From positions 1 through 42,384 of the forward strand of contig JBFFNX010000003.1 of NCBI GenBank assembly GCA_041562995.1: a stretch of DNA of 42,384 bases. Direction: 5' to 3'. Position numbers and translations under genes: made by a program. The notes beneath the pieces are model-generated. The model did no database searches. It was given only the letters and a program-made list of their open reading frames with translations, and was not told the DNA's origin. Origin of the DNA: Desulfurivibrionaceae bacterium (lineage in GTDB: Bacteria; Desulfobacterota; Desulfobulbia; Desulfobulbales; SURF-16). The stretch's first letter is position 1, and every line of letters starts with the position of its first letter. Positions 19,064-28,074 of the stretch are shown piece by piece.

Positions 19064-19101
19064 AACTTCGCAGCATTTTTTTTAATGTTGCGAAGTTTTT
19101 T
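19064..19101 (+). terminator. Rho-independent terminator after tRNA-Val
   Basis: AACTTCGCAGCATT / AATGTTGCGAAGTT stem plus T-tract. Confidence 0.75.
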
Positions 19102-19213
19102 GTTCAGGTGTCCTACGTAAATTTTCGCGCACAAGGTAGCAAAAGAGTAAAAAAATATTTTTGCAGTAAACTGTGTGCCTCTCCTGTTCTGGCACTTATA
19201 CCCCACAAGGGGT

Positions 19214-19244
19214 ACTGGAATGAGTTCTGTGTATTAATTCCAGT
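19214..19244 (+). promoter_or_regulatory. Putative thrS translational operator (tRNA-Thr anticodon mimic)
   Basis: Stem ACTGGAAT..ATTCCAGT with a 7-nt loop TCTGTGT, at -50 to -20 from the thrS ATG. Confidence 0.5.
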
Positions 19245-19263
19245 TTGGCTGGGTTAGTTATTT

Positions 19264-21198
19264 ATGTCCGAAATTGAAATTTCCATAGCAGGCGGTGACG
19301 CTGCTTCTTTTGCCGCCGGGATTACGGTTCAAGAGGTGGTCAAGGCCTTGTGTTCCAGCAAGGAACGCAAAAACACATTGGCTGTAAAGGCTGATGGCAA
19401 GGCCTTGGATTTATCGGCCACCCTTGACCATAGTGTCCAGTTGACCCCCATTACCATCACCAGTGATGAGGGACTTAACCTGCTTCGCCATTCAGCAGCC
19501 CATGTCATGGCCCAGGCTGTTGTTGAGCTCTTCGGTACGGATGTAAAGGTTGCCATCGGGCCATCCACGGCGGACGGCTTTTACTATGATTTTGATCGTT
19601 CGGAACCTTTTACTCCTGACGATTTTGAGGCCATTGAGCAGAGGATGAAGGAGATTGTTGGTCAGAATCTGCCCTTTGCCCGGCAGACCATGGCCCGCCA
19701 AGATGCCATCGCCTTTTTTAAGGAGCGTAACCAGGAGTATAAGGTTGAGCTTTTAGAAGATCTTACCGATCCTGAGGTCAGCCTCTACGGCCAGGGTGCA
19801 TTTGTTGATCTCTGTCGCGGCCCCCATATTCCTCATACCGGTTTCCTGCGGGCATTTAAGATTCTTCGTCTGGCCGGGGCTTACTGGCGTGGGGATGAGA
19901 AACGTCCCATGCTCCAGCGTCTCTATGGCACGGCTTTTTTTGATCCCAAGGCCTTAAAGCAGTATCTCCACCTCATTGAAGAGGCCAAGAAACGGGATCA
20001 CCGCAAGCTCGGTAAAGAACTTGAGCTCTTTACTATTAATGATCAGGTTGGACCGGGACTTCCCCTGTGGCTGCCCAAGGGCGCCTTGGCCCGTAAGCTC
20101 ATTGAAGATTACTGGCGCGCCGAACATTACGCCAACGACTACGAGCTGCTCTACACCCCGCACATTGCCAAGCGTGATATGTGGGCCACCAGCGGTCACC
20201 TTGACTTCTATGCGGATGATATGTTCTCCCCTATGGATGTTGATGGCGTTGATTACCAGCTTAAGCCGATGAACTGTCCGTTTCATATCGGCATCTACAC
20301 CAGTAAGAAGCGGAGTTACCGAGAGTTTCCCATCCGTTGGTGTGAATTAGGCACTGTGTATCGCTATGAGCGGACCGGTGCCCTGCAGGGACTCATGCGG
20401 GTCCGCGGCTTCACCCAGGATGATGCCCATATCTTTGTTTTGCCCAGCCAGCTTGAGGATGAGATCTTTAATATCATTGATCTTAATCTCCACGTTTTAA
20501 AGACCTTCGGCTTTACTGAGTATGATGTCTATCTCTCCACCCGCCCTGATAAGTATGTGGGCAGTGACGAGAACTGGGAGAAGGCGACAAACGCTTTGAA
20601 GCTTGCTCTGGAGAAAAAAGGACTCAAGTATGAGGTCGATCCGGGCGAAGGTGTATTCTACGGACCGAAGATCGACATTAAGATTAAGGATGTTCTGGGT
20701 CGCTCCTGGCAATGCTCCACCATTCAGGTGGATTTTAACCTGCCGGAACGGTTTGCCATCAGCTATACCGGTGATGATGGCAAGGAGCACCAGCCCATTA
20801 TGATCCACCGGGCCCTGATGGGTTCCCTGGAACGTTTCTTCGGGGTGCTTATTGAACATTATGCTGGAGCCTTTCCTCTGTGGATGGCGCCGGTACAGGC
20901 CATTATTGTTAATATCACCGACAATCAGCTCGACTATGCCGAAGATGTCTATGCCAAGCTCCGTAAAAATGGGGTGAGGGTGTCAAAGGACGTCCGTAAT
21001 GAGAAGCTGAACTTTAAAATCCGTGAAGCCCAGATGGCCAAGATCCCTTATATGGTTATTGTCGGTGATAAAGAGATGGAGACGGGCATGGTGACTGTTC
21101 GTCTGCGAAATGGTAAAAACCTTGATCCCATGCCAGTGGCGGAATTTGCGGAATTGATCAGCCGCGAATCAAAAAAGAGCCAGGGTCTGGAAGCGTAA
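19264..21198 (+). CDS. thrS: Threonine--tRNA ligase
   Basis: TGS and editing domains (RHSAAH, DLCRGPH), KPMNCP, RVRGFTQDDAH, HRALMGSLERF. Confidence 0.98.
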   Translation: MSEIEISIAGGDAASFAAGITVQEVVKALCSSKERKNTLAVKADGKALDLSATLDHSVQLTPITITSDEGLNLLRHSAAHVMAQAVVELFGTDVKVAIGPSTADGFYYDFDRSEPFTPDDFEAIEQRMKEIVGQNLPFARQTMARQDAIAFFKERNQEYKVELLEDLTDPEVSLYGQGAFVDLCRGPHIPHTGFLRAFKILRLAGAYWRGDEKRPMLQRLYGTAFFDPKALKQYLHLIEEAKKRDHRKLGKELELFTINDQVGPGLPLWLPKGALARKLIEDYWRAEHYANDYELLYTPHIAKRDMWATSGHLDFYADDMFSPMDVDGVDYQLKPMNCPFHIGIYTSKKRSYREFPIRWCELGTVYRYERTGALQGLMRVRGFTQDDAHIFVLPSQLEDEIFNIIDLNLHVLKTFGFTEYDVYLSTRPDKYVGSDENWEKATNALKLALEKKGLKYEVDPGEGVFYGPKIDIKIKDVLGRSWQCSTIQVDFNLPERFAISYTGDDGKEHQPIMIHRALMGSLERFFGVLIEHYAGAFPLWMAPVQAIIVNITDNQLDYAEDVYAKLRKNGVRVSKDVRNEKLNFKIREAQMAKIPYMVIVGDKEMETGMVTVRLRNGKNLDPMPVAEFAELISRESKKSQGLEA

Positions 21199-21232
21199 GA
21201 ATCGAAAATTAACCACGATGTGAGGTGTAGGC

Positions 21233-21778
21233 ATTAAAAGAAAGAAGAGTGTAAAACAACAGCGTGAGATCCGCGCCAGGGTCAACGGTATGATCCGTAT
21301 TGACGAGGTTCGTGTCATTGACGCTACTGGTGAGCAATTGGGTATTATGCCGACCCGCCAGGCGATTTCCATTGCAGAGGAGGACGGGCTTGACTTGGTC
21401 GAGATATCACCCACGGCCAAACCTCCTGTCTGCCGGATCATGGATTATGGCAAGTTCCGCTATGAGCAGTCGAAAAAAGAGGCTGATGCGCGCAAGAAGC
21501 AAACCGTTGTGGAGATGAAGGAAATTAAGCTTCGTCCCAAGACGGAAAAGCATGATCTTGATTTCAAGATCCGGAACATCAGAAAGTTCCTGGGACAGAA
21601 CAATAAGGTGAAGGTGACCTTGCGTTTCCGTGGCCGGGAGATTGTCTATGCCGACACGTTGGGCCGCGATGTTCTGAAAAAGATTGCCGGTGAAATTGAG
21701 GATATTGCCACCATTGTTCAGCCTCCCATGATGGAAGGGCGGCAGATGGTGATGATGGTTGCCCCTAGTAAAAAATAA
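21233..21778 (+). CDS. infC: Translation initiation factor IF-3 (AUU start)
   Basis: In-frame ATT at 21233 with GAGGTG SD 5 nt upstream restores the RVN..IR..EVRVI N-terminus; PPVCRIMDYGK, FRGRE. Confidence 0.95.
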   Translation: MKRKKSVKQQREIRARVNGMIRIDEVRVIDATGEQLGIMPTRQAISIAEEDGLDLVEISPTAKPPVCRIMDYGKFRYEQSKKEADARKKQTVVEMKEIKLRPKTEKHDLDFKIRNIRKFLGQNNKVKVTLRFRGREIVYADTLGRDVLKKIAGEIEDIATIVQPPMMEGRQMVMMVAPSKK

Positions 21779-21953
21779 TTTTTTTACTTTCTGCATACTT
21801 GCCGGCTTTCACCTAAAGTCAAAATGTGTTACAGGGTATCTCAGCATTCATTTTGACTGTTGAAAAGTTGTGTATTTTGGCTGGGGCCCCTTTCTGCCTG
21901 TTGGCCAAGACGGATAATGAAGACGTTGTACATTATATATAAGGAGCATTACC

Positions 21954-22151
21954 ATGCCTAAGATGAAAACGAAGAGAGGCGCTGCCAAGCGTTTCAAAGA
22001 AACCGGTACAGGAAAGATAAAAAGGGCCAAGGCCTTCACCAGTCATATCCTTACCAAGAAAAGCACCAAGAGAAAAAGAAACCTGCGCAAGTCTGGCCTT
22101 GTTGATTCATCGAGCATGGCTGCCGTCAGGCGTATGGTTCCATATATGTAG
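21954..22151 (+). CDS. rpmI: 50S ribosomal protein L35
   Basis: [21 protein letters not shown]. Confidence 0.98.
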   Translation: MPKMKTKRGAAKRFKETGTGKIKRAKAFTSHILTKKSTKRKRNLRKSGLVDSSSMAAVRRMVPYM

Positions 22152-22327
22152 TCAGTTTTCCTGTATTTACAGGGGACTGTTGGCTACCATTGGTTGCCAG
22201 ATGAATGGATCGTTGGCCTTAAGGAAGGTGGACATCCATTTCTTTTTTTAGCAATTGGCCTTAAAAACCAAAAATATTCATGTACGGGTGGGCAGCTGAT
22301 CTGCCAGAAAACCCTAAGGAGAATAAC

Positions 22328-22672
22328 ATGCCAAGAGTAACCCGCGGTTTTAAAGCACGCCGCAGAAGAAATAGAGTCCTTAAACTTGCCAAAGGCTACC
22401 GTGGAGGCCGGAGTAGGTTGTTTCGCTCCGCCACTGAAGCGGTTGATAAAGCCTTATGTTATGCCTACCGCGATCGGCGCGCCAAGAAACGCGACTTTCG
22501 CCGTCTGTGGATAGCTCGGATCAGCGCGGCTGCCAAAATGAACGGTACCAACTACTCCCGATTGATGGGTGGCTTGAACAAAGCCCAGGTTGAGCTTGAC
22601 CGTAAAATTCTTTCTAATATGGCAATTCTCGATCCGAACGCCTTCGCCCAAGTAACAAAGCTTGTATCCTAA
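22328..22672 (+). CDS. rplT: 50S ribosomal protein L20
   Basis: MPRV start behind AAGGAG; [22 protein letters not shown]. Confidence 0.98.
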   Translation: MPRVTRGFKARRRRNRVLKLAKGYRGGRSRLFRSATEAVDKALCYAYRDRRAKKRDFRRLWIARISAAAKMNGTNYSRLMGGLNKAQVELDRKILSNMAILDPNAFAQVTKLVS

Positions 22673-22684
22673 GGCTTTGATCAA

Positions 22685-23689
22685 ATGGAAGAAGCATTAC
22701 AAGAACTGAAGGATGAAGCAGCAAGGGACCTGGCCGTCATTGCCAGCCCAAGCGACCTTGAAACGTTCCGGATAAAATATTTCGGTCGGAAAAGCCCCTT
22801 TACTCAGCTCATGCGGCAACTGGGTGATGCTCCCCTGGAGGATCGTCCCCGTCTTGGTCAATTGGCCAATGAGCTTAAAAAGGAACTTCAACTTCATTTT
22901 GATGAAAAGAAGGCCTCCCTGGCCCATGGGACAGGGGAGGCCTCTGCGATAGACCTGACTCTGCCGGGTCGGATGCTGCCCCAGGGCAAATTGCATCCAG
23001 TCACCCAGATCATGGAAGAAATCTGTGATATCTTTGAGGGTCTGGGCTTCACCGTTGCTGAAGGGCCTGATATTGAGACCGATTTTTATAATTTTGAGGC
23101 CCTCAATATACCTGCCCATCATCCCGCCCGTGATATGCATGACACGTTTTATGTGGATGATTCCATCCTGCTCAGAACCCACACTTCACCCATGCAGGCC
23201 CGAGTCATGGAGACGGAGAAACCGCCTTTACGGGTGATTGCTCCAGGCAAGGTGTATCGCTGTGATTCTGATATTACCCATACGCCTATGTTCCATCAGG
23301 TTGAAGGGTTTCTGGTGGATACCAACGTTTCTTTTGCTGATCTCAAGGGTGTCCTTTCCGTTTTCATCGCCAAGATGTTTAATGAAAGCACCCCTATTCG
23401 CTTTCGACCAAGTTTTTTCCCCTTTACTGAACCAAGCGCTGAAGTTGATATAGGCTGCGTAATGTGTAACAGCAAGGGCTGTCGGGTTTGTAAGCAGACC
23501 GGCTGGCTGGAGATTCTCGGTGCGGGTATGATTGATCCCGAGGTCTTCAAGATGGTCGATTACGATCCGGAAGTTTATTCAGGTTTTGCCTTTGGCCTGG
23601 GTGTTGAGCGTATCGCCATGCTCAAATACGGCATTAACGATATCCGTCTTTATTATGAGAATGATCTTCGCTTTCTGCGCCAGTTTTAA
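22685..23689 (+). CDS. pheS: Phenylalanine--tRNA ligase alpha subunit
   Basis: [33 protein letters not shown]. Confidence 0.98.
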   Translation: MEEALQELKDEAARDLAVIASPSDLETFRIKYFGRKSPFTQLMRQLGDAPLEDRPRLGQLANELKKELQLHFDEKKASLAHGTGEASAIDLTLPGRMLPQGKLHPVTQIMEEICDIFEGLGFTVAEGPDIETDFYNFEALNIPAHHPARDMHDTFYVDDSILLRTHTSPMQARVMETEKPPLRVIAPGKVYRCDSDITHTPMFHQVEGFLVDTNVSFADLKGVLSVFIAKMFNESTPIRFRPSFFPFTEPSAEVDIGCVMCNSKGCRVCKQTGWLEILGAGMIDPEVFKMVDYDPEVYSGFAFGLGVERIAMLKYGINDIRLYYENDLRFLRQF

Positions 23690-23836
23690 GGCGGGTAAAG
23701 TACGGAGGCCATATCTTTTTTGAGGTGAAGCCCCTGAGGGCCTTCACCTTTTTAGTTTTAAGCGTATAGCCATTTCCATGGTGAGCCTTTAACTGCTTAC
23801 TCTTATGACGTCCTTGGGCAAGGAAATATCTCCCCC

Positions 23837-26257
23837 ATGAAATTCACAGTCGACTGGTTAAAACAATATACAGATTTTAGTTATGCTCCCCAGGATCTTG
23901 CTGATCGTCTGACCATGGCGGGACTAGAGGTTGACGCTGTTTGTCAGATCTTCACGGAGCTGAAGGATGTGAAGGTTGCTGAGATTCTTGAAGCCCATCC
24001 CCATCCTGATGCCGATAAATTGCAGGTGTGTGATGTCCAGGTAGGGCAAGAAAAAATGCGTATTGTTTGCGGGGCCCCCAATGCCCGTCCGGGTATTTTT
24101 GTGCCCGTGGCCCTGCCCGGCGTTGTCCTGCCCGGTGGTTTTAAGATCAAAAAGAGTAAGATCCGTGGTCAAGCCTCCGAGGGCATGCTCTGTTCCGCCA
24201 AGGAGCTGGGTCTTGCACATGATGCCGATGGTATTCTGGAGCTTGCTGGCTTGCGCGCATCAGGGCAAAGTATTTTAGAGGCCTTAGACCTCAATGATAC
24301 GTTGATCGAGGTGGATCTGACACCCAATAGACCTGATTGTGCCTCTGTCATTGGCACGGCCCGGGAAGTAGCCGCCATGTCAGGTAATCCTTTGACATTG
24401 CCGGTGAGTAAAGATTCGTTGCCGGATCTCAAAGGCAGCCCATCATTTAAGGTCAAGATTGCGGATCCGTCCCTGTGCCCCCGCTATGTAGCGCGGCGGA
24501 TGACTGGCCTGACCGTGGCCCCATCACCGTGGTGGTTGCAGAAAAGGTTGATAAGTGTTGGTCAGCGTCCCATTAATAATGTGGTTGATGCCACGAATTT
24601 TGTCATGCTGGAATTTGGTCAACCTCTCCATGCCTTTGATTTTAAGAAGCTGGCAAACAGCGAGGTTGTTGTCCGGTTGGCTCGCCAGGGCGAAAAAATC
24701 ACCACCCTTGATGGCCAGGATAGGGATCTTGATCCCACCATGCTGATGATCTGTGACGCCGAGAAACCAGTGGCGGTGGCCGGCGTTATGGGCGGCAGCG
24801 ATTCTGCGGTGGAATCCAATACCACGGACATTCTTCTTGAATCCGCCTGTTTTAATGCGGTCTCTGTTCGCAAGACCTCCCGTAATCTTAAATTGTCAAC
24901 GGATGCCTCCTATCGCTTTGAGCGCGGCGTTGATCCGCATCTGGCTCCTCTTGCCATGGAGCGTCTTGTTCAGATTCTCACTGATATTGCCGGGGCCACC
25001 GTGGAAGAGGGTGGTGTTGACCTGGCAGCTGGGGTGCCAACTCCTGTAGAGCATACATTGCGGGTAAGCCAGACCAATAGGCTGCTGGGCACTGCTTTTA
25101 ACGTAGAGGATATTATCGCGTATTTGGCGTCAATCGAGATGATTGTTCGCCAGATAGATAACGACACCTTGGGCGTCACGCCTCCAAGTTTCCGGATTGA
25201 TATTGAACGGGAGGCAGACCTCATTGAAGAGGTGACCCGCTTACACGGTTATAATGAAATCGGGACGTCCTTGCCTGTTGTGCCCATGAGCTTTGCCAGC
25301 CGTGATGCCGGACGTAGTTTAAAAAAGGAAGTTGCTGATATTTTAATGGCGAACTCCTGCTATGAGGCCATTAATTACAGTTTTGTTTCACCTGAGCATG
25401 CTGATTTTCTCGGTCTGGATACCGATGACAAGCGTCGTGAGGCCGTTAAAATCCTGAATCCCCTCACCGAGGATCAGAGTATTATGCGGCGCTCCCTGCT
25501 CCCCGCCTTGCTCGAGAATGTCCGCCGTAACATAAACCATCAAAACGGCGATGTTCGACTTTTTGAGGTCGGTAAAGTTTTTGTGCCACGGGGGAATGGA
25601 AAACAACCCTATGAGGAGACGCGCTTGGCCGTGGTGTTAAGCGGTAGGCGTTATGGCCAGGCTCCACCCCTTTATTTTGACCAGCACCTTATTGATTTTG
25701 CTGATGTCAAGGGTGTAGCCCTTTCCCTGTTAAACGAGTTGCGCTTGGTCCAGGTTGAATTTGCCGATGATGACCAGCAGTCGCCCTATGTGGATTCCTC
25801 CCAGGCCCTGCTCTTGAAGGCGGAAGGAGTTACCATTGGCCAGATAGGTCGCTTCACCAAGCAATGTTTGAATAATTTCGCCATTAAGCAGGATGTCTAT
25901 TTTGTTGATATTCATTTTGATGCCTTAACAAGGCTGGATCCTGCCCCGAAAAAATTTACGCCTCTTCCCAAGTTTCCGTCTGTACAGCGTGATATCGCCA
26001 TCCTTGTTCCTGTATCTGTGTACTCCGGCGAAATGGTGGCTGCCATTTGGAATCAGAAAGAAAAACTTGTGGAGAATGTTGAGTTGTTTGATGTTTATCG
26101 TGGAAAAAATATTGATGAGGGCTTTAAAAGTGTCGCAATTTCTGTTACATACAGGTCTCAGGAAAAGACATTGCAGGAAAAGGCTGTCGCCAAGGTTCAC
26201 CAGCGAATTGTTGATATGGTCTTGTCCCGTTTTGACGGGCGTTTACGAGAGGTTTAA
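23837..26257 (+). CDS. pheT: Phenylalanine--tRNA ligase beta subunit
   Basis: HPDADKL, VCGAPN, TPNRPDC, RFERGVD, DLIEEV, FDX-ACB C-terminus. Confidence 0.98.
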   Translation: MKFTVDWLKQYTDFSYAPQDLADRLTMAGLEVDAVCQIFTELKDVKVAEILEAHPHPDADKLQVCDVQVGQEKMRIVCGAPNARPGIFVPVALPGVVLPGGFKIKKSKIRGQASEGMLCSAKELGLAHDADGILELAGLRASGQSILEALDLNDTLIEVDLTPNRPDCASVIGTAREVAAMSGNPLTLPVSKDSLPDLKGSPSFKVKIADPSLCPRYVARRMTGLTVAPSPWWLQKRLISVGQRPINNVVDATNFVMLEFGQPLHAFDFKKLANSEVVVRLARQGEKITTLDGQDRDLDPTMLMICDAEKPVAVAGVMGGSDSAVESNTTDILLESACFNAVSVRKTSRNLKLSTDASYRFERGVDPHLAPLAMERLVQILTDIAGATVEEGGVDLAAGVPTPVEHTLRVSQTNRLLGTAFNVEDIIAYLASIEMIVRQIDNDTLGVTPPSFRIDIEREADLIEEVTRLHGYNEIGTSLPVVPMSFASRDAGRSLKKEVADILMANSCYEAINYSFVSPEHADFLGLDTDDKRREAVKILNPLTEDQSIMRRSLLPALLENVRRNINHQNGDVRLFEVGKVFVPRGNGKQPYEETRLAVVLSGRRYGQAPPLYFDQHLIDFADVKGVALSLLNELRLVQVEFADDDQQSPYVDSSQALLLKAEGVTIGQIGRFTKQCLNNFAIKQDVYFVDIHFDALTRLDPAPKKFTPLPKFPSVQRDIAILVPVSVYSGEMVAAIWNQKEKLVENVELFDVYRGKNIDEGFKSVAISVTYRSQEKTLQEKAVAKVHQRIVDMVLSRFDGRLREV

Positions 26258-26263
26258 GGGTTT

Positions 26264-26554
26264 ATGAAACGGTCAAACTTAACCAGGAAAGATCTGGCTA
26301 AAACTATAAATGAAAATATCGGGCTCTCACAACGCAGCGCTGGCGAGCTTGTCGATGTTGTTTTTTCTTGTCTGCGCCAGACTTTGCTGAAAGAGGATTC
26401 CATTAAACTTGTTCAGTTCGGGACCTTTACTGTCAGAAAAAAATCATCTCGGGTGGGAAGAAACCCTCGCACTGGAGAAACCATGGAAATCTCAAAGCGT
26501 TCTATGGTAACATTTAAGGCGAGTAAGGGGTTGCGCGATCAGATAAACGAGTAG
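26264..26554 (+). CDS. ihfA: Integration host factor alpha subunit
   Basis: FGTF, GRNPRTGE; position directly after pheT. Confidence 0.93.
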   Translation: MKRSNLTRKDLAKTINENIGLSQRSAGELVDVVFSCLRQTLLKEDSIKLVQFGTFTVRKKSSRVGRNPRTGETMEISKRSMVTFKASKGLRDQINE

Positions 26555-26584
26555 TAGTCAATTAGAGAGGTCAAATCTCATCCT

Positions 26585-26992
26585 ATGAGTGATCAACCTT
26601 TTGTTCAGGGTTCCCTCACCGTTTTTATTCCGGAAAAAAGCTATTTCAAGATTGGTGAGGTCTGTAAGATTACCGGCCTCAAGCAGCATGTTGTCCGCTA
26701 TTGGGAATCGGAATTTAAACAATTTATCCGACCGCAAAGGGCCTCTTCGAAACAGCGCCTCTACCGCCGGGTAGATGTTGAGAACCTTCTTCGCCTCCAG
26801 AAATTACTCAAAGAAGACGGGCTTACCATTTCCGGTGCCCGTAAATTTCTGGCATCGCATCGTGAGCCTATAGGGATTGACGCCAATCAAGAATCTCCAC
26901 CCGTAACAGCTCTCCCTGATTCAGCCTTTTTTCTCAGTGAAATCAAGAATGACTTGAAATCGGTGTTGGAAATTCTTGGTGGTGATAAATAG
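26585..26992 (+). CDS. MerR-family transcriptional regulator
   Basis: YFKIGEV...HVVRYWESEF; conserved ihfA-merR-tRNA-Pro arrangement. Confidence 0.92.
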   Translation: MSDQPFVQGSLTVFIPEKSYFKIGEVCKITGLKQHVVRYWESEFKQFIRPQRASSKQRLYRRVDVENLLRLQKLLKEDGLTISGARKFLASHREPIGIDANQESPPVTALPDSAFFLSEIKNDLKSVLEILGGDK

Positions 26993-27109
26993 ATATTTCC
27001 CCGCTGGATAATTTGCAAGATACTCGCCTCTGGCCAAGGACATTTCTTGACAGCGGGCTTTTGAAGTGCTAAAAAAGATCTCCCTTTTACGGGAGTGTAC
27101 ATGCAGTAA

Positions 27110-27186
27110 CGGGATGTAGCGCAGTCTGGTAGCGTACCTGGATGGGGTCCAGGTGGTCGGAGGTTCGAATCCTCTCATCCCGACCA
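27110..27186 (+). tRNA. tRNA-Pro(GGG)
   Basis: CGGGATG/CATCCCG acceptor stem, CCTGG-ATGGGGT-CCAGG anticodon arm, GGTTCGAATCC, CCA. Confidence 0.96.
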
Positions 27187-27192
27187 AGCCTT

Positions 27193-27230
27193 AAAAGGGA
27201 CTACAGAAATTTCTGTAGTCCCTTTTTTTT
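27193..27230 (+). terminator. Rho-independent terminator (potentially bidirectional)
   Basis: AAAAGGGACTACAGAAATTTCTGTAGTCCCTTTT palindrome plus T-tract. Confidence 0.85.
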
Positions 27231-27305
27231 GATCAATTTTGGTGCGTATAAATAAAAGGCATCAAAATTTATTGTTATCTGTAGGTTACTTTGAGGGTGA
27301 ATTTC

Positions 27306-27620
27306 ATGTCTGAATTTACAAATGTTACGGTGGTGAGAGAGGCTAATGTCTATTTTGATGGTAAGGTGACGAGTCGCGCGGTGGTCTTTGCTGATGGCTC
27401 TAAGAAAACATTGGGGATAATGGTGCCCGGTGACTATGAGTTCGGCACCGCTGATAAGGAGATTATGGAGATATTGGCCGGAAGCCTTGATGTCCTCTTG
27501 CCTGGAGAATCTTCATGGCAGAGTTTTGTGGGGGGCCAGTCCTTCGAGGTCCCTGCGCAATCCAAGTTTCAGCTGAAAGTTAAGGATCTTGTCGATTATT
27601 GCTGTTCGTATCTTAAATGA
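27306..27620 (+). CDS. ppnP: Pyrimidine/purine nucleoside phosphorylase (DUF1255)
   Basis: [31 protein letters not shown]. Confidence 0.93.
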   Translation: MSEFTNVTVVREANVYFDGKVTSRAVVFADGSKKTLGIMVPGDYEFGTADKEIMEILAGSLDVLLPGESSWQSFVGGQSFEVPAQSKFQLKVKDLVDYCCSYLK

Positions 27621-28074
27621 AGATACATAACGGGGTGTTCTTCCAGCCCACATCCTGCTGAATGATCCCCCCGTTATTCATGACATCTTTGGGCCCATCT
27701 GCCGCCTTAAAATTTAAGCCACCTCTCTTTCTCTCGCTCTATTTCATCTTTGTTGAGGTTGCCTTTACCTCTTCTTTTAGCTTTTCCCCGCGTTGTCTTC
27801 TGTTTCCTGATCCTAAAGAGGTTTGTTCCCCTCTCTTCTTTGAAATTACTCTGTTGATAATTATTCTTCCATAATTGTTGTACAATAGGGTTTGGTTTAG
27901 GATTGTAATGTCTTTGAAATTACGTTTTGAACGTCCTTGTTTTATATTCCAGATCATAAAACAAGTGTTTAAAATGGGGGACGCCGCATCTTGTGTTTTA
28001 TAGTGGCTCATATTTTGCATAACTCATAGTTACAATTGCTGAGTTGTTACTGAGAATGGATTTAAGGAGTTGCA

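Noticed and set aside
26921-27187. 88-aa minus-strand ORF starting MVGMRGFEPPT
   Set aside because: Antisense shadow of tRNA-Pro
27739-28020. 93-aa minus-strand ORF in the AT-rich spacer
   Set aside because: No RBS or recognisable motif; overlaps the probable promoter region of the kinase
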